DNA from: Bacteroidaceae bacterium
Lineage (GTDB): Bacteria; Bacteroidota; Bacteroidia; Bacteroidales; Bacteroidaceae
Length of the DNA stretch: 64,000 bases
NCBI GenBank assembly: GCA_016292545.1
Contig: JAEDIG010000001.1
Location: 2,412-66,411 of the forward strand
Reading direction: 5' to 3'
Positions 62,001 to 64,000 of the stretch are shown in pieces. The notes beneath the pieces are model-generated. The model did not search any database. It had not been told where the DNA came from and saw only the letters and a list, made by a program, of their open reading frames with translations. Made by a program: the position numbers and the translations under genes. How positions within the stretch are numbered: position 1 is the first letter of the stretch; every line of letters begins with the position of its first letter.

Positions 62001-62984
62001 GTTGGTCAAACAACGTCATCTACAGCAGAGGAAGAGTCAGAAGATGACCTTGGTCAGTATGACACATATGAACAGGTTGATGAAGAGGATATTGAAGACT
62101 ACGATGACACAGATGAAACAGACGATGTAGAAGCTGATGTTGATGAAGATGTTGACACAACGGATAATGCCAGCACAACGTCTTCTAATACTCATACGTC
62201 TAACACGTCTCACGCTTCATCAAACAAGCCTCATAAGGATTATAATCCTGACCGTAATGGGTACATGGGATCTGTTGATAAGGACAAGGATTACCAACCA
62301 GTTGGCGACAGGCCTTACAAACCTCGTACACGTAAGCATCCAAAGATTTTCACCAAAAAGGAATTAGAATGCCTTCGCTCACATGGAACGCCTCTTGAAC
62401 TGGAATCATTACCACCAACGAGGGAGGAAATAGACCTCTTAGCTCAATGTAACATCAAGCCAGAGCAGATTGCCGACACAAACTATCTTGCTCAGTTGCG
62501 TATGTACCAGAACCTTAGAAATGAGATGCACACAGAACCTGAGGAAACAATGGAGGAGTTCGTGCGTAATGCGAGTGATGTAACTTTACACAAACTTAAA
62601 GATGGCAAATACATTCATACTTGTAGTGCTGCTCGTGGCGTGATGTATGTTTCTCCTTCTGTATGGAATAAGATGGTTGATAACAAGTGGAAAATTTGCG
62701 TTTATCTTGATGGACAAGGCAAGAACTTCCATTACATTAACAACGCCAATGAATTCTTGAAACTCGTAGAAAAAGACGATGTTGTTATCAAGATTACCGG
62801 CAAGGAGAAAGTTGATGTGGTAAGGGCTCTTTATACAGGCATACTTGAAAATGCCAAAGGTACTGCATACACCTTGATTCGTGTGGCAGCTCGTACAAAT
62901 ATGGATGCCGTATTCGCTCACTATGTTGGTGCTATGGCAGAAGCGGAAGATGGTAACGATGATTATAACGATAACGACTATTGA
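56061..62984 (+). CDS. Giant (2307 aa) OST-HTH + sacsin/NO VEIN-type GHKL ATPase protein with acidic disordered tract
   Basis: Uninterrupted 6.9-kb ORF in AT-rich DNA. OST-HTH-like GWVNMANFGSALLKAGINYKALGYEKLNEFVMKS (aa ~35-68). GHKL motif I ELLQNANDY (nt 56811-56837). ATP-lid motif GYKGIGFKTVF (nt 57012-57044). Acidic/polar low-complexity tract at aa ~1876-2095. Confidence 0.9.
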   Translation: MINQNNDMINNDTLKKILSIFLSLKKESLPEKGEGWVNMANFGSALLKAGINYKALGYEKLNEFVMKSDAFLVHTDTSCKVPVKYIKEKEKLTDIYRKPRAERAQSIYTAPNEVIKVKRRLRLDNNIFIGQFAPQRNEGWFTITDIRNTDFTKIEDKERGIKNLSISFRSNKEFNRYAYYKFTWVLLGTDPLKFGIDLHEEITPIYPKDIVSSLYEGIMRYPAGAAKKITRSLDTLKKQLTQSGKEVFIYELLQNANDYPRRTKIDGKIQPLPVDVEFHITENYLTFEHTGEYFNPKNIAAICDINDGEKSDNIEAIGYKGIGFKTVFLDNDYVLLNTGKYTFRFDKSATDVINTPWQILPIWTEYNEIDHEIKSVFRQHPNEEFRVKFALQPRYKEILTDEDRDDNYIDLFTDVFKSERVILFIPNIKKVSIFIDGQDEPIVREKDNKDWCVSDSLVDDIPEDITDKINDVLENPDSLRSDGYEKIPEKYMNFRKTAVKFACKKAERKLMPVDDAMLYCYLPAKRADWGFNFLMNTDMVPNGQRDDIEDIELNHVIARIAGKQFFYWIKQLIESKEYDLDSIFALIPDFDECKKRRVYKTFIEEFQEEFEKLIKEEPFVPCVDKDGEQTFECIDNIINDMTGMTANGVISDEDFIILMELGDYSLPVDELRQSEAFMGFLYKHSPSSLNVKVDAVVKKCEETDFQTWLTVPENNTRFIRHWLSEDELNEFAKKNIFIEYEGDLFTAGSLYYDFDTNCNGIGFLRKFVPHLCEASRANFEEDENWKSFADKYFLSFSAASMITDCILSNEDAMALLNVPSNSVAFYRYLAVKEVDLKANKTKIPYITEDGGASTDYTNYHYFFNEDAHALTREKWLGENVINVLSHIYFDSLADDEKGNVTAIFANLGFNEFTKDSFITTVIVGDADFRAKVNAAIENNYVANKAFVEYVYGCEVQLKENVFKDYVLRCVDIHKNEVYLCNDDVRYFNQDAYAQNSTYADNTNHAWLQDSMMYALSNDYFEGREKEEVKKLESFLRQQFGVKTFTDKSFFIDVVIKNKAVIYASLVDEAIMLTFLEYLKRDADRLFDDTMSFNDIKDMPLLAYDGTIVRARELNIQYIEYNEGAKILCEKAWCPKTYVVLSQKYTDDFSQDMRQLFKIVKFDINTTTDILAQNANLRQSVNVINNNVDFWRWVKVNQKQIAYVDKFKTIPLLDNNNALINCASLYISDTYQQEQIEALVTKYVKEAQFVSSSYIETANENEKVEWMKLFRKLGLKSDNKDILFSDILPKLSTIETESLDSVVAMMTKHFKDLKDKWAERKYQIMQLRVRTQYAGYKTLDQVIIVNMDEDSVSEPFKYITLANEVHPDILKANKDLLHAISEEYGNRNLITTKQMWIDAKVKDYLAMFAADENSVADIHIQFVREVAKIQSEYDINDTLRKQIKYLVKSNETTYKFAHELTLGTEYSPTCDFEANRVSELSYLSDTYIFEGNKDIIKQYFKAENVHQNMTREDLKYLANRTFACYFWSKCFSHRLGEYESWVEDGCFNNRVCIPTENSVQKPELLYAPHIAGYAVRAKVPQWQEKVPCKAIVDSIDNRDARELFEKINFCKALSFEDCLYYLARVTHPREEETHFRSIVINWMLSSPVPDETLVDNYRKTPTAEWRNGKGQKKHITELYAIHPDSTQERNIFRGDEFVMQTSAFPYDTDLFVKACNILKIKCLTSSNFVATPIGKQDETADMVAILRPRLLILSAIENPDRFQELYERYNTKLSQYHFVVCEKIDLGYDTIHNDVERIYNDDNHLYYVSSWKHNRTFTKFCSRLKRLVGFDVYDNVCEDVLDDSVSVETCIEKYCSSLAYDEKFRAYLRSLDLTINVEPEEEGPIETGNDYYSNATNEPTDSAIEATTETSTENQHVDDTETFREDDNIGAPNKDVTSRPVNELEVREEAETSPKELIQTASQQPTSYSRPQQQSQQAESPVGQTTSSTAEEESEDDLGQYDTYEQVDEEDIEDYDDTDETDDVEADVDEDVDTTDNASTTSSNTHTSNTSHASSNKPHKDYNPDRNGYMGSVDKDKDYQPVGDRPYKPRTRKHPKIFTKKELECLRSHGTPLELESLPPTREEIDLLAQCNIKPEQIADTNYLAQLRMYQNLRNEMHTEPEETMEEFVRNASDVTLHKLKDGKYIHTCSAARGVMYVSPSVWNKMVDNKWKICVYLDGQGKNFHYINNANEFLKLVEKDDVVIKITGKEKVDVVRALYTGILENAKGTAYTLIRVAARTNMDAVFAHYVGAMAEAEDGNDDYNDNDY

Positions 62985-64000
62985 TGATGATTGACAATAT
63001 CAAACTTGCAAACTATAAGTCATTCTTTGCTGACCAGGTGAAGGAGGCTATCGACGAGCAACAAAAAATCAATCGCTCGCAGATGCGGAACTTATTCAAG
63101 ACAGGTGAATTATCGCTTGCTTATGTTGATTCCATTCAGCATGAGACAGGCATGATTATCCTCAAATGCCCTCGTCGTATGGCTCCACGCTTGAAAGTTC
63201 TGAAGGGCGTGTGCATAATTAAGAAAGGTGCTAAGCAAGCATTAGGTGAACACGTTACGGATTGGATTTGCCGTTGGGAGGAGTTTGTTGACAATAAGGA
63301 TTTTCATTCTCCTGGTTCTGACATGACTCCAATGTACTATGTTCATACTGGTGATTCCAACTATGACTATGTTGCATGCTCTGGATTCAGTTTTAAGTTG
63401 TACGATATCTTGTCAAAGGCGTTGGCTGATGGCAAAAGTCTTTCACTTATCGTCCATAATCCATTTCCTCCTGTAGAGTATTTCCGCAACCTTGCCAGCT
63501 ACATGGATGCATTCTCTTCAAACGAGGAATTGAACCTTGAACCGGCTATAGATTATGAGGAATGGACACCCGAGGAACTTGCGTTTGATGAACAGAAGCC
63601 AACAGGTATCTCTGACACAATCATAGACACGCTCGCTAATGAACATTGTTGTATCGTACAAGGTCCTCCGGGAACTGGTAAGAGTTACACCATTGCTTCT
63701 GTGATTTCATCGTATCTTGATGCTGGTAAAACCGTCTGCGTCACCACCATGGCGAACAAGGGCCTTATCGAGTTGATAAAGCAGAAGCCTTTGCAGAAGT
63801 ATGTGAAGGGAGGTCGTGTCAGCAAGACAAATCTCTCAATTGACGAACGCAAACAGGTGTCAGGTGTAAAAGCTGCCTCTGCCGACTTGCAGGTTCCTGG
63901 TGGCGAAATGCTCTGTGCGACAAACTATCAGTTGTCAAGCGTTTTTAGCGAAAAGAAGATGACTTTGTATGGTTTGCCACAATACGATTTAGTAGTCATA
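62984..64000 (+). CDS. SF1 (Upf1/DNA2-like, AAA_11-type) helicase, N-terminal part (3' end outside window)
   Basis: Not in the ORF track because it has no stop in the window. Hand translation from ATG 62984 (TGATG overlap with the upstream stop) is open for 339 codons: MMIDNIKLANYKSFFADQVKEAIDEQQ... Walker A VQGPPGTGKSYT at 63662-63685. Confidence 0.8.
   Translation, partial: MMIDNIKLANYKSFFADQVKEAIDEQQKINRSQMRNLFKTGELSLAYVDSIQHETGMIILKCPRRMAPRLKVLKGVCIIKKGAKQALGEHVTDWICRWEEFVDNKDFHSPGSDMTPMYYVHTGDSNYDYVACSGFSFKLYDILSKALADGKSLSLIVHNPFPPVEYFRNLASYMDAFSSNEELNLEPAIDYEEWTPEELAFDEQKPTGISDTIIDTLANEHCCIVQGPPGTGKSYTIASVISSYLDAGKTVCVTTMANKGLIELIKQKPLQKYVKGGRVSKTNLSIDERKQVSGVKAASADLQVPGGEMLCATNYQLSSVFSEKKMTLYGLPQYDLVVI

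Larger units (their letters stand above)
55126..64000. other. AT-rich compositional island (probable horizontally acquired DNA), right end outside window
   Basis: Abrupt base-composition drop right after the start codon at 55125. Hand counts of sample 60-nt lines give about 27-37% G+C inside (lines 56101 and 60001) versus about 68% in the Sus locus (line 34201). Confidence 0.65.

Overview
The window has two parts. Bases 1 to about 55125 are high-GC Bacteroidota (Prevotella-like) chromosome. From about 55126 to the window end the DNA is clearly AT-rich and looks like a foreign island.

The chromosomal part contains, in order:
- an ABC exporter locus: an ATPase fragment, two tandemly duplicated pairs of FtsX/MacB-type permeases and a TolC-like outer membrane protein, followed by a sigma-54 response regulator and histidine kinase;
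- two unknown secreted proteins and a solitary Fic gene;
- a tight minus-strand string: SusR-like regulator, lipoprotein, YARHG/DUF3160 protein and CapA-like protein;
- a complete starch-utilisation (Sus-like) PUL: GH13 SusA-like, GH97 SusB, SusC, SusD, SusE/F-like proteins, a GH13 amylase, an MFS sugar transporter, GH77 MalQ, a GH53 galactanase and a GH13 type I pullulanase;
- a 0.9-kb repeat-rich non-coding gap between convergent genes;
- YfhO, rpsO and typA;
- an LPS/glycan-modification-like cluster (two GT2 enzymes, a Kdo/WaaP-type kinase, an HhH protein and an acyltransferase) and a beta-helix protein.

The most interesting signal is the AT-rich island. It carries a 2307-aa ORF combining an N-terminal OST-HTH/LOTUS-like domain, a sacsin/NO VEIN-type GHKL ATPase, a very long unassigned body, an extremely acidic disordered tract and a small C-terminal domain. 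Its stop codon overlaps the start of an SF1 (Upf1/DNA2-like) helicase gene that runs off the window. I read this as a candidate uncharacterised nucleic-acid-sensing defence or conflict system, incomplete in this window.

All family assignments come from motifs read by eye; no searches were run. The ORF track also renders alternative start codons (GTG/TTG) as M, so several starts were re-picked at internal ATGs that precede signal peptides.
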